DNA from: Octopus sinensis
Taxonomy: Eukaryota
Direction: 5' to 3'
Length of the DNA stretch: 64,000 nt
NCBI RefSeq assembly: GCF_006345805.1
Contig: NC_043003.1
Span: forward strand, 18,104,001-18,168,000
The notes below the pieces were generated by a model, which had not been told where the DNA came from, ran no database searches, and was given only the letters and a program-made list of their open reading frames with translations. Numbering within the stretch: the first letter of the stretch is position 1; every line of letters begins with the position of its first letter. Of the stretch, positions 11,314 through 24,427 are shown one piece after another. Made by a program: the position numbers and the translations under genes.

Positions 11314-11470
11314 AAGTATAATATATTCGAGTATCATACTCGAAAGTATAATATATTCGAGTATCATACTCGAAACGTAAAAGACTTTTTCTATTCCTGA
11401 GCATTATACTAATACATCTGTTTGTTTTGTACACCACCTGTCTTCGTCTTTTGTTTTTTTCGTAAACTCT
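11314..11470 (+). mobile_element. Penelope-like terminal fragment with a rearranged hammerhead remnant
   Basis: CTCGAAACGTAAAAGAC...TTCCTGAGC is like the 3231 and 3726 elements. Preceded by a 30-bp tandem duplication containing a palindrome. Confidence 0.45.
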
Positions 11471-12131
11471 CCCTTTGTATCATACTAAATGTAAATACAT
11501 CATTGAAAGGAAAATTTGCCGTGGCATTTGTTCAGAGAGACCACCTCTTAAGGACATGCTATGAATAAAAACACATTATATTAAAAAAATAAGTGTTAAC
11601 ACAATATGCAAATTAGGAACTCCAGTTTTCTGTAACTGCAGTAACTGTTGAGTATATAAACAAATTGATTGCTTGTTTCTCTACGATTTGTCAAATTGAT
11701 GTAGACACATCTGATGAGAGTTCAATAAGATTCGAAAATCTATTAACATTTGTCTTTTTTTTTCAATCTATAGAGAAACAGCTAAATTAGCCATTTATAA
11801 AGGTTATATAAAGGTGAAACGTTAACCATTCTGGCTATTTCAAAGTCCACATTCTCATGCTTGCATAGGTCAGACGAAATTCATTGTGGCAGATTTTCTA
11901 GAACCAAATGCTCTTCCTGTCACCAACTCACACATGCTTCCAAGTAAGGTGATATTTTCCTCTAACAAACGTCCCAATAGCCAGACATGTTTTCATGGAA
12001 GATCGCTAATAAACAGCACTACATGGTGATATTTGTTTACAGTTAGCATGTGAGCATGAGATGTCAAGACTAAGAGACAGAAACACATCCATGCATGCAC
12101 ATGCACACACAAACACACATACTTAAACATG

Positions 12132-12181
<50 letters not shown>

Positions 12182-12198
12182 TATATAAATATTTATAT

Positions 12199-12230
<32 letters not shown>

Positions 12231-12250
12231 GCATATATAAATATTTATAT

Positions 12251-12299
<49 letters not shown>

Positions 12300-12302
12300 C
12301 TC

Positions 12303-12712
12303 TTTACTCTCTTTTACTCTTTTACTTGTTTCAGTCATTTGACTGCGGCCATGCTGGAGCACCGCCTTTAATCGAGCAAATCGACCCCAGGACTTATTCT
12401 TTTTTGTAAGCCCAGTACTTATTTTATCGGTCTCTTTTGCCGAACCGCTAAGTAACGGGGACATAAACACACCAGCATCGGTTGTCAAGCAATGCTAGGG
12501 GGACAAACACAGACACACAAACACACACACACACACATATACATATATACGATGCGCTTCTTTCAGTTTCCGTCTACCAAATCCACTCACAAGGCTTTGG
12601 TTGGCTCGAGGCTATAGTAGAAGACACTTACCCAAGGTGCCACGCAGTGGGACTGAACCCGGAACCATGTGGTTGGTAAACAAGCTACTTACCACACAGC
12701 CACTCCTGCGTC
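12303..12712 (-). mobile_element. SINE family 1
   Basis: Full-length copy in a TA microsatellite. Confidence 0.85.
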
Positions 12713-13899
12713 TATATATATATATATATACATATAATCATTTTGTGTTGGTCTACCATGGTGGTATGGCTTGAATGATGGTTTAACAGGATCCAACAAA
12801 TCAAAAGAGAACATTGTATTCCAATGTCTGTTTTGACAAGGTTCCTAGAGCTGGTTGCTTTTCCTAATACCAAACACTTTACAGAGTGCACTGGGAGAAT
12901 TTTTCATGACACCAGTACCAGTGAGATTATCATATAACTCACTCATCTGAGAGGAAGTATGTAGTAGAAATGTGGGGTCACTTTATACTAAGTATTGAGA
13001 GATAAAGTACGAGAGAAATGACAGGGATAGATTACTTGCTGCAAAGGAGATACAAAGACACTTTGCATTATATAAAGTGAATGGAGAAAATTGGGATGGG
13101 ACTGGAAGAGAGATAAAGATGGTGGTGACAAGATGTTTGAGTGTACAAGAAAATGAAAAGCAAAAAGTTTGTGTAGGGACAGAAGATCAAAAATGTAGGA
13201 GGGTAGCAGTTGTAAGTGTGTTTGTGGAGAGTGGGAGATAGTTAGAAATGTAATGAATGGCAAATAAGAGTGAAGAGGTGGTAGACATGAGTTGACGGTA
13301 AGGTATGGGGAGAGGAGGTGATGACTGGCAGTACAGAAAACGTAAAGAGTAACAGAAGAATAATGTAGCAAATAGGGGAAGGATAAAAGTACAGAAGATG
13401 ATGCATAGGTGGTGGGTGTTTAGATTGCAACAGTGTGTGGGAAGAGAGAAAGATGTATGGTGATGGAGGAGGATGTGGTCAGGAGGACATAGAGATAAGC
13501 CAATAGGAAGTGTTACAGGCGAGTGGAACAGATAACTAGTATTACAGAAAAGGATGATGAAATATGTACGTAATTCTACTTTTATTTAATTACGTAGAGC
13601 AGTTGAATACTGCAGTAGTTAGGAAGGGAATAGAAGAATCAATGATAGGGAAATAAAAAGGTTATGAGGAAGGCTTGATGAGGGCAAATTGGGCAAGAGG
13701 CCAAGTTACGTGTATACACATTATGTTTCAAGATGGTGAATGGATCTGCTTCAGCACTATATGTTACCAATAGACATAAGTATGTAAGTCTGAGGATTTG
13801 GTTTCAGTTCCAATGCTTGTCATCCTGCATGAATGTCTTCTATTATAAATATTGGCTGACGGAGAATTTATGAGTGGATATCAAAGAGGGAAAATAAAG

Positions 13900-14175
13900 C
13901 TCATTCTGTGCCAGCCTCGCCTGGCCCCCGTGCCGGTGGCACGTAAAAGCACCATCCGTTCGTGGCCGTTTGCCAGCTCTGTCTGGCACCTGTGCAGGTG
14001 GCACATAAAAAGCACCCACTACACTCACGGAGTGGTTGACGTTAGGAAGGGCATCCAGCCGTAGAAACACTGCCAGATCAGACTGGAGCCTGGTGCAGCC
14101 TTCTGGCTTCACAGACCCCAGTTGAACCGTCCAACCCATGCTAGCATGGAAAGCGGATGCTAAATGATGATGATG
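13900..14175 (+). mobile_element. RTE-type LINE 3'UTR fragment with (GAT)n tail
   Basis: Ends CCAACCCATGCTAGCATGGAAAGCGGATGCTAAATGATGATGATG. Same family as 18563-19245, which retains the RTE ORF end. Confidence 0.75.
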
Positions 14176-14586
14176 TGTGTGTGTGTGTGTGGCTGGGTGG
14201 ATGAGTGTGTTTGTGACAACTTGTCCTTACATTATGTGTTAATTGTAAGTGGATAACAGTCATACAAGCAGTGTCGCATATTAGTAAACTTATATGAAAT
14301 CAAGATCAGACTAGGGGAGAATATTATATTGCATGGAATTAGATGAGGATTGTAGACAGGGAGAGCATCCAGCCACAGAAAATCTACCTCATCTAATTTT
14401 GTCTGACCCATGAAAGTAAGGAAAAGCAGATGTTAAAATAATAGGATTGATGATGATTTCAATATATATATATTATGTGCACTTCATTTTATTTATAAAC
14501 TGAGCATGTGAGTGTGTGTGTGTGGTGTGTGTGTGTGTGTGTGTGTCTGTGTGTGTCTGTCTGTGTGTGTGTGTGTGTGTGTGTGT

Positions 14587-15425
14587 GCCCTGCGCTACCA
14601 CCATCCAAAACTGAATATGAAACTTACAGGGTACACCAGTCCACAGGGAATTTCAATCCCAGAGCCTAAGTCAGTGAGGAACCTGGGTATCAACATGAGT
14701 GATGATACCTCTTTCCAAGTGCACATTACCAGGATGGCGACAAAGTGCAGACGACTGGCTGGATGGATCCTAAGAACATTCAGAACCAGAGATAAGGAAA
14801 CCATGATGGTCCTCTGGCGGACATTCGTCCTCAGCCGCCTCGATTACTGCTCACAGCTATGGTCACCCACCAGTGTGAAATTAACAGCGGACCTTGAAGC
14901 AATCCAGAGAAGATTCACAAAGAAGATCGTCTCTTTGCAACAGCTCAGCTACTGGGAAAGGTTGAAACAGCTAAGACTCTACTCCCTGGAGAGAAGACGA
15001 GAGAGGTATGCAGTAATATCTAGAAGATATTACTTGTTCCAAATTTTGGCATTGAAAGCTACACCGATGCCAGAACGGGATGACACTGCATAGTGCCAAA
15101 GATCCTAGCAATGCCATCGTGCTTCAGGACCAGTTACTGCAACAGCCTGGGTTTCAAGGGCCCACAGCTTTTTAACATTCTCCCAAAGAGTCTGAGGAAC
15201 TTGCACAAAGTAGATATAGGGTTTTTTAAATCAAAGCTGGACCTCTTCCTGTTGAGAGTCCCAGATGAACCTACCTCACGGCAAGAGGTGCAAATGAGGG
15301 TAGCTATATCAAACTCCATTCTTCACCAAGTGCCACATATTAGAGGAGGCTCTTAGTAATAACAGTGTAGCAAAATGGCGGTGCATCAGCTTGGCCGCAG
15401 CTTTGAGCTGAAACTAGAGAGAAAA
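14587..15425 (+). mobile_element. L2/CR1-group LINE 3' fragment (frameshifted ORF2 end plus 3' tail)
   Basis: VRNLGINMSDD...SRLDYCSQLWSP...LEAIQRRFTKKI...SYWERLKQLRLYSLERRRERY, then GPQLFNILPKSLRN...FKSKLDLFL..VPDEP. Confidence 0.9.
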
Positions 15426-15535
15426 TATATATATATATATATATAAGGACAAGATCATTATTTTAAATAGCAATCAAATCTAGTGGCAGCAAAGGAAGGA
15501 AAAACCTTATAGGTTATAATAATTATTAGAATTAT

Positions 15536-15670
15536 AAATAAGGGCATCTAAAAGATACCACAATGCTTGAAATAGCAGTCAAAACCTGACTCTGAAACCG
15601 CATCAAGTATTCAAGTGTCAGGTTTTGACTGCTATTTCAAGCATGCTGGCATCTCTTAGATACCCTTATT
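15536..15670. repeat. Palindromic MITE-like hairpin
   Basis: Perfect 28-bp arms at 15563-15590 and 15617-15644 with a 26-nt loop, extending imperfectly to about 55 bp. Confidence 0.85.
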
Positions 15671-15677
15671 TACAATT

Positions 15678-15697
15678 GATATATATACATACACACA

Positions 15698-15741
<44 letters not shown>

Positions 15742-15772
15742 CATACATATATATATATACATATATATATAC

Positions 15773-15805
<33 letters not shown>

Positions 15806-15821
15806 ATATATATATACATAC

Positions 15822-15854
<33 letters not shown>

Positions 15855-15945
15855 CATACATACATATATATATATTATATATATATATATATATAATATA
15901 TATATATATACATATATATACATACATACATACAACATACATACA

Positions 15946-15981
<36 letters not shown>

Positions 15982-16005
15982 TATATATACACACACATAC
16001 ACACA
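15678..16005. repeat. Long compound (TA)/(CA)/(TACA) microsatellite
   Basis: Directly visible; source of several spurious ORFs. Confidence 0.95.
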
Positions 16006-17182
16006 CGCAATGAAACTTCTAAGCATGCACTAATTAATTCATCCACTTGTTTTTAGAACTTCAAATTCTTTATTTTACTAAATGGTTAAAATTCCTTATT
16101 CAAAAATTCCTCAACCCAAAGACCTAATTAAAAGAACAAAGTGATATTTTCTAGCAGAGGGCTAACTTAAATGCTTGTAATTCTACAAGTAAAATAAAAT
16201 CTTGAGTAGACTTCTCTACATATATCAAATTCTCTCCCTCTCTTTCCTTCCTCTTTTCCTCTGCTTTCTCTCCTCCTCTACCTCTCTCTCTGTTCTCCTA
16301 GTTTTTCTCTCTTTTAGCATTCTTCAATCTTTGAATAATAGGTCAAATATTTTTTCCTTTTTAATCACTAAACATTTTTTTTTATTTATAGTAAGGTGTC
16401 AAATACTAGTCTTTTGTCTTGTTATGGTACATCTATATAACTGCTAAAATCTTTAGATTGACAAAAAGCCAAATGCTTTTGTGTGAAAACCAATATCCTA
16501 TTTCTGTTAGTGGCCACAATGAATCCATTGTTTTGCTGTGAGATTTGATTATGTTGACGGATTCCAAACAGAACAAGCAACATAATACGTGTAATCTAAC
16601 TGTAGTTAAACTGGCATTAACAGTTTAAACTACAGAAAATGTTTACTCCAACAAACGTTTGCAATTGTTAATGTCAGATTTAACATTTCTGAAGCAGGGC
16701 AATGGAGATAAATGCTGTAAAATGGAGATTAGAGATAGCATCCAGATATCTAAACATAGAATATTGATAAGTCAATAAATGAATAAAAACAACAAAAAAA
16801 AACATCAAAACCTTACTATTTTCTTTGGACGGAGGATAGTAGAAAGCAATGTTATTGCTTGCTATTCAGCCACTCTTACCAGTCTTAGCCAAGAAGATAC
16901 GATATCATATATACAAGGAAATTCTCAAATGAAATGTGTTTTGGCTTTTATTCAGGACTATTATTGATATCATCTATTTTCTTTCTATTTTGTACTTGTT
17001 TCAGTCATTGGATTGTGGCCATACTGGGGCACTGCTTTGAAAGGGTTTTGGCTGAAAGAATTGACTCCGGGAAGTACTTGGAGTCAATTCTTTGACTCCA
17101 GTATGTACTTTTAGAGCTTGGTACTTATGGGGACGTAAACAAGCCAACAAGCAGTGTTGGGGGACAAACAAAAACATAAAGA

Positions 17183-18028
17183 CACACACACACACACACA
17201 TACATGTGTATTGTATGTACATATATGTGTGTGTGTGTATACATGTATACATACATAAATGTATGTATATATAAATATATATATATATGTATGTATGTAT
17301 GTATGTATATGTATATATGTATATATATATATATATGTGTGTATGAGTATGTATATATATATATATTATGACCAGGCTAACAGATGTTGCTACACATCGC
17401 TGGTCACAATGCGCTTTGCATTGTTTTAGCCTTCAAATGATGCCACCCTGCTGGCTAAGCAAGCAGGCCAACAGAAGTGAGAGAAAGTTGCAGTGAAAGA
17501 GTACAGCAAGGATCGCCACCCCACTGCCAGAGCCTCATGGAACTTTAGGTTGAGCCTCCACATGTGATATATATATATATATATACTCACACCACACACA
17601 CACACACATACATGTGTATTGTATGTACATATATGTGTGTGTGTGTATACATGTATACATACATAAATGTATGTATATATAAATATATATATATATGTAT
17701 GTATGTATGTATGTATATGTATATATGTATATATATATATATATGTGTGTATGAGTATGTATATATATATATATATATATATATTATGACCAGGCTAACA
17801 GATGTTGTTACACATCGCTGGTCACAATGCGCTTTGCATTGTTTTAGCCTTCAAATGATGCCACCCTGCTGGCTAAGCAAGCAGGCCAACAGAAGTGAGA
17901 GAAAGTTGCAGTGAAAGAGTACAGCAAGGATCGCCACCCCACTGCCAGAGCCTCATGGAACTTTAGGTTGAGCCTCCACATGTGTATATATATATATATA
18001 TACTCACACACACACACACACACACACA
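17183..18028. repeat. Near-identical 418-bp tandem duplication bounded by (CA)n
   Basis: ATGACCAGGC at 17368 and 17786; only one substitution seen in the ~200-bp non-microsatellite core. Confidence 0.9.
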
Positions 18029-18562
18029 CGGGCTTCTTTCAGCTTCCAAGTTTATTCACAAGGCTTTGGTCAGCCTAGGGTTATAAAAGAAGACATTTGC
18101 CCAAGGTGCCATGAGGTGGCACCTTGGGAAAATGTCTTCTTTTATCCAAAGAGGCAAAAGGCAAGATCAAATTCAGCTGAATTTGTACTCAGAACAGGAG
18201 CCAGAAGCAATGCTGCTGAGTATTTTATCTGACATGCTGATTGTTCTGCTCACCGATTTAATAATAATACTAATGAGAGAACTCAGTGAGCACAAACCTC
18301 TGTCAAGGTAACACCAATGATTAGCAAGAGAGGATTTTTGAAATGAGAATATTTGAAATAAACTCGACTGCTCTCTCAAATGAGAATACTAAAAATGAAA
18401 TCGAAATCAAATTCGATGACTGGCGTCTGTGCTAGTGGAGCGCTAAGAGCACCATCCAAGCGTGATCGTTGCTAGAGCAACAAACTGGCTTCCGTGCCGG
18501 TGGGACACTAGTATGTACAAATATCTAAAAAGAGGTAACTACTTGAGTAACTATTTAGAAAA

Positions 18563-19245
18563 TCATCATCATCATCATCGTCGTTTAACGTCCGCTTTCC
18601 ATGCTAGCATGGGTTGGACGATTTGACCGAGGACTGGTGAACCAGATGGCTGCACCAGGCTCCAATCTGATCTGGCAGAATTTCTACAGCTGGATGCCCT
18701 TCCTGACACCAACCACTCCGAGAGTGTAGTGGGTGCTTTTACGTGTCACCTGCACGAGGGCCAGTCAGGTGGTACTGGCAACGGCCACGCTCAAATGGTG
18801 CTTTTTACATGTCATTTGCATGGGAGCCAGTCCAGCGGCACTGGCAACGACCTCACTCGAATGTTTTTTCAAGTGCCAGTAAAGCGACGCAGGTAACGAT
18901 CACTCTCGAATTTTTCCTTTTTACGTACCATCAGCACAGAAGCCAGTTTGCTGCTCTAGCAACGATCACACTCATATGGTGCTCTTAGTACTCCACTAGC
19001 ACGGATGCCAGTCATCGAATTTGACTTCGATTTCACTTGCCTCAACAGGTCTTCACAAGCAGAGTTTAGTGTCCAATGAAGGAAAAGGTAAGCATAAGTG
19101 GGCTGGTTACACCCCTGGCGTAGGCCACTAGGTTATGGTCTCACTTGGCTTGCCGGGTCTTCTCAAGCACAGCATATTTCCAAAGGTCCTGGTCACTAGT
19201 CATTGCCTCGGTGAGGCCTAATGTTCGACGGTCATACTTCACCAC
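18563..19245 (-). mobile_element. RTE-type LINE 3' end (ORF2 terminus, repeat-rich 3'UTR, (GAT)n tail)
   Basis: Minus strand 19245-19141 encodes VVKYDRRTLGLTEAMTSDQDLWKYAVLEKTRQAK*, an RTE-like C-terminus, contiguous with the abundant GAT-tailed repeat. Confidence 0.8.
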
Positions 19246-20085
19246 AAACCACTGTGCAAAATTAACATCTATTTAATTAAAATATTCCAGTTTTTTTTGT
19301 TTGTCTTTTTTTTGTGGGGGGGATGGGGCAGGGTTGCAAGACAGTTGGAGGCATTTGTAAAATCCCATATGGTAAAAAGAGTCACTAAATTACAAAAGGC
19401 TGAGTACCAATGTTATAGTATAGGCTTCACCAAGGAGACCTAATAATATTGAAACGTCTGTCGCTTTCAGCAGTCGACTTTAAAAGCTGCATACATTCCA
19501 GTTGAAATTCATTGTAAAACACCGATCTGCCCTATAGGAGTTACCTCCCTTGTTTGTTATTTGCAAGTTTTGAACACTCCCAGAGGGAGTTTCTCTTTAC
19601 TAATTGCTTGGATAATCTCAGCTGATCGAAGTTTTCAGTTGACCATATTACATATGCAAGATTTATCTAAATTTTGTATTTCGCACTCAGAATGCTCCCC
19701 TGAGTTAATTTTGCTCGGTCGTGTTATTTGCAAAGATGAATGAGTTGAGGGCCAAGTCAGCTGTGATTCAGCAGCCGTAAGGCCAAAGACGTTCCAACTA
19801 TGACTATTCCGACATATTTTCAGACACAAAATATCTGGGATTTATTTAAGGTGTCCTTTCTTTTTAAAACAGTAAGGCGTGTTTTCAATAAGATTTAGCT
19901 TTTATTTCTAGCAGACTGCTCGATCCCATCGAGGTTCTATTCATTGGTTCGTGTACAGCTGTTGTTGTTTAACCCCAGGTCAGTTCGAGCAGACCAATGA
20001 TCAAAATCGCTGCAGCTTTGACCACAGCGCTTTTTTGTATAACCAATGCTGAAGAATCCAATGTATCCTTTTTTTTTGTTTCAAA

Positions 20086-20310
20086 GGCGGCGAGCTGGCA
20101 GAATCGTTAGCACGCCGGGCGAAATGCGTAGCCGTATTTCGTCTGCCGTTACGTTCTGAGTTCAAATTCCACAGAGGTCGACTTTGCTTTTTATCCTTTC
20201 GGGGTCGATAAATTAAGTACCAGTTGCGCACAGGGGTCGATGTAATTGACTTAATCCGTTTGTCTGTCCTTGTTTGTCCCCTCTGTGTTTAGCCCCTTGT
20301 GGGTAGTAAA
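20086..20310 (+). mobile_element. SINE family 2 (tail B)
   Basis: GGCGGCGAGCTGGCAGAATCGTTAGC head through AGCCCCTTGTGGGTAGTAAAG tail. Confidence 0.85.
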
Positions 20311-20929
20311 GTAATATAGCCTTTTTTTTTGTTTTTGAAGACGATACAACGTGATTTAAGGGAGAATTTTTTCTGCTTATTTGTGAAGTTTATTTGCAGA
20401 GAAAAGGTTTTATTTTCAGTGAAAAAGAATTTACGGAAATAAACAGTAAGCAAATTAAGAGAGAAAAACAAAATAAAAACCAGTAAATAATCAAATAAAT
20501 AATCAAAATAGAGATTTACGCTACCACCCCTTACATCGCACCTGAGGAAACTGGAGTTTTCAAACAATTTTCCTTCAGGTGGGGGCATGGTGACTTGACT
20601 GCTATTTCTAGCAAATCAAGCGCCTTCGTTTGCAATGAGGCTCCTCGTTTGTCAGACAAGTAGAACGAAAGAAAGAAAAAGTAGATAAGTGAATACAGAA
20701 GTAACGAGATAGAGAGGAAAGTACTGTAGATCAGCGATCTGAACCCTCTACTAGCGATATTGCTTTGATAAAAAAATATATATATGTGATGTGTCAATCG
20801 ATCGATGATAGTCTAAAGTAGAACAAACAAAAATTAGAGCATATAACTACAACACCTAACAACACAAACAAACATATGGCTTTATAATCATACACAGATA
20901 CAAAACGATTAATAAACTTGATTTTAAAA

Positions 20930-21805
20930 TGTTTCTAACACAGGCGCCGCTGCACAGGGGTACAAATTTTGGGGCAGGGGATTAATCGATATTATTGATT
21001 AGTCTTGATAGACCCCGGATGAATGAAAGGCAAGAATTGAACACAAAATGTAAACCTGCTACCCTTAATTGTTCCTAATATAGGCACAGGGTCTGCAATT
21101 CATGAGGATAAGGGATTAATCGATTAATTCGGTCCTAGTACTTGACTGGTACGGACAAAAAGTAATGTTGACTTCAACAAAATTCGAACTGAGAACGTTA
21201 AAAGCCGGCAGAAATACCGGGGTGTTCTAACAATTTTACCAAATGCACCACCACGTATAATGGCTTCTAATTTAGGCACTCAGTCAGAAAATTTGAAGGG
21301 ACCTAAATCGATACTATTGATTACAATAATTGATTGGCATTCATTGTATAGACTCCGGATGGACGAAAGGTTAAACTAACCTCGGCAAGATTTGAACACA
21401 GATCGTAAAGAGTCAGTAGAAATACAGCAAGACATTTTGTCTGAGATTAAGCATAAGGTCAGTAATTTTGAAGGAGGAGGAGATTAATCGATTATATTGA
21501 TCTCAATACTTGACAGGTACTTTATTCCATCGAACCCAGATGAACGAAAGGCGGAGCTGACCTCTCCAAGATTTGAACCCAGAACGTAAAGAGCCGACGC
21601 TCAAATAATTATTTTTGATTTAGAAACAAGGGCTGAAATTTTGGGAGTGGAGGCTACTCGGATAGTACTTATTTCATCGACCCCGAAAGGCTGAAAGGGA
21701 AAGTCGACTCGGTGGCATTTGAACCCAAAAACGTAAAGAGCCGGACGAAATGTCGCTAAGTATTTTGTCCGTCGTGTGCTAACGATTCTGCCAGTTCGCC
21801 GTCTT
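20930..21805 (-). mobile_element. Head-to-tail array of about 5 degenerate family-2 SINEs
   Basis: Recurring GGATGAA..GAAAGG / ATTTGAAC modules about 170-190 bp apart. Confidence 0.65.
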
Positions 21806-21873
21806 TCAACGCCCTAATAATAATAAAGCTTTTTTATCGATCACTTCTCAATACGAAAGCATCAAAATAAATA

Positions 21874-21914
<41 letters not shown>

Positions 21915-22629
21915 TAATAATAATTGTTTCTTTATTACCCACAAGGGGCTAAACATAGAGGGGACAAACAAGGACAGACAAACGGGATTAAGTCGATTAC
22001 ATCGACCCCAGTGTGTAACTGGTACTATTATAATAATTGATATTATTATTATTATTGTTATTGTTATTATTATTATTATTGTTATTATATCAAGGCATAA
22101 TTTCTTTCATTCGCATTCTCCAATCTCATTAAAACATTCGCGTACAGTTTACTCAGATTCACAATTTTGCACAAAACAACACTGCAGTCACATAACAACA
22201 ACACCAACAACAACATCAACAACAACAATAATGATAATAATAATAATAATAATAATAATACACAACTAAAAAAAGCCCACACTAATTTCTTGTATAGGAG
22301 AGGAGTGTGAGGAGATCGCAGTACGCCACTTACTCACTAGTGACTACTTACTTACTAGTCACTTATTTAATTACACTGAGCTCAACGTATGGGCTCTTGT
22401 ATATATAAATATATTTATACAACACATATATATATATATGTTTTTACTTAGATAAAGCTGAAGGGTAAAAACTACGTTTTCTTTTTTAGTTTTTTTCTTT
22501 TTAAAACAGCTTACCCTCTTTTGGAATCAATGATGGAGTTAAGTCATAAGTGTGTGTACATATGAGAGGCTGTGTTTGGTTTGTTTCGCCCCAACAACAA
22601 ACATAAACTTTCTCTCTCTTTCTCCACAG

Positions 22630-22690
22630 AGACACGGCACGGTAACAAACCATGCCAGAAGCAAATCGGTTTTCATATCTGAGACTTTGA
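22630..22690 (+). other. Candidate non-coding (5'UTR) exon
   Basis: A pyrimidine tract plus CACAG ends at 22629, and a perfect GTAAGT donor lies at 22691-22696 in otherwise unique sequence. No transcript evidence is available. Confidence 0.35.
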
Positions 22691-23603
22691 GTAAGTAAAT
22701 GGCTCTTATTTATATTTTGCTATCGTTTAATCATCTCTTCTTTCTTTCTTTCTTCACGTCGACAACACTTAAATATATAATGAATGGCTTTGAAAAATAC
22801 ATCACTGAAATAATATTTACGAGTGTTATTAAATGATTATTACTTCATTATGAAAAATTATTATTATTATTATTATTATTATCACTGTCCTTGTAATGTC
22901 CCCTCAAGTGATGCCCCTCTGGCAAATACAAGAAATCATCATCTTTATTATTATTATTTGGCTTGTTTGTTTGTTTATATTCTATCTTTATGTTTGTTTT
23001 ATGATGTATTTATTCTATCTTTATGTTTGCTTTCGATGTATTTATTTACTAAGTTGTGGTATAGAAAAGTTACAATTATGACGCTCAGCCTTCTTTGCAC
23101 ATATATATATATATGCCTTTTCATATTTGCATGTTCAGAGCAGCATTTTAGTTGACTATATATATATATATCCGTTTAAGGGTTCATCGTACTAGAAGGT
23201 CAATTATTATTGCTGACATATATATAGTCCCCTCTTAAAATATTGTACTCATCCAGCTAGGAATTAAGTTTGTTACTTTTGAACGTGACCTTCTTTTCTT
23301 AGTAAATATTTATTTGTTCGCGTGTGTATATAAAGACAGAGAGATAGATATTGATGCATGGTGTGTTGTAAAAGTATGCCCAGACCCTTTTCACACGCAC
23401 ACACTCGATATACATATAGAGACACATACACTCTCATGCAGACACGCAAACACACACAATATACATAAAGAGACACATACACACCCATACAGACACGCAA
23501 ACACATACACACACTGACTTTGGTAAGTGCCAAGTGCCATGCTCGAAAAATCCCGACCCTTGCCTTATTTTGTAACTTCTGCCCCCATTAAAAATTCCCA
23601 AAG

Positions 23604-23669
<66 letters not shown>

Positions 23670-24427
23670 TACTTATCCTGTTTGCTGTGCTAGATCACAC
23701 ACACACACATGTATATAGGCCAAATAATTGTTTCTTTAAGACATGTTTCGTTCAATTACTAACATACTTAAAAATATGCATTTATGTACTTTTCAACATG
23801 AGGTTCTAACTATCCGTTATTGGCTGTTCAGAAGTTTGTTTAATATTCTATTTTCTTGTGTACTTACTTTGTCGACACCAAAAAAAATCAATGAAAATAT
23901 TCTTTGATGTCGATCACTAACAGAGATCTTCACTACAACAAACCTCCCACTTAGCTTTATTATATATTTTTTTTTTTATTTTCACTTAATCTTTGTTGTT
24001 AAAATCACCGACAGTTGTTTAACCACAGGTCAATTTTAATTAAACATCTTATCAACCAAATGACACACCGACTCTTTATTTAGCTGGGTTGTTTGTAGCA
24101 CTAAATATAAAGCCACAATGTTTTCTAAATTAAGACCGGAGGGGGGGATGTATTTTGAAAGAAATTAGGCTGTACTTCTTTTATGGGAAGTTGGGGAGCA
24201 AACACGCTGGTTTGTTTCAATAGTAGTTAAAAAAAGAACCAGATAATGCTTAAATTGTTTATTCACAATGTCTTTTTTTTGTTTCTCCTTCCATCTCCCT
24301 CTGCATGGTGTTTTTATATTTCCTTTTTTGTTCTTAACTTTATCTCAGCTACTTCCTGTTCGTTCTTGTCTTTGTTTTAAAACTTAAGTCAGTGGGTGTA
24401 TATGTCTGGCATGCTACATTCATTAGG

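Noticed and set aside
12960-13700. Purine-rich tract with minus-strand ORFs (12988-13371)
   Set aside because: Low-complexity composition with no recognisable RT or endonuclease motifs; possibly an old repeat but unclassifiable.
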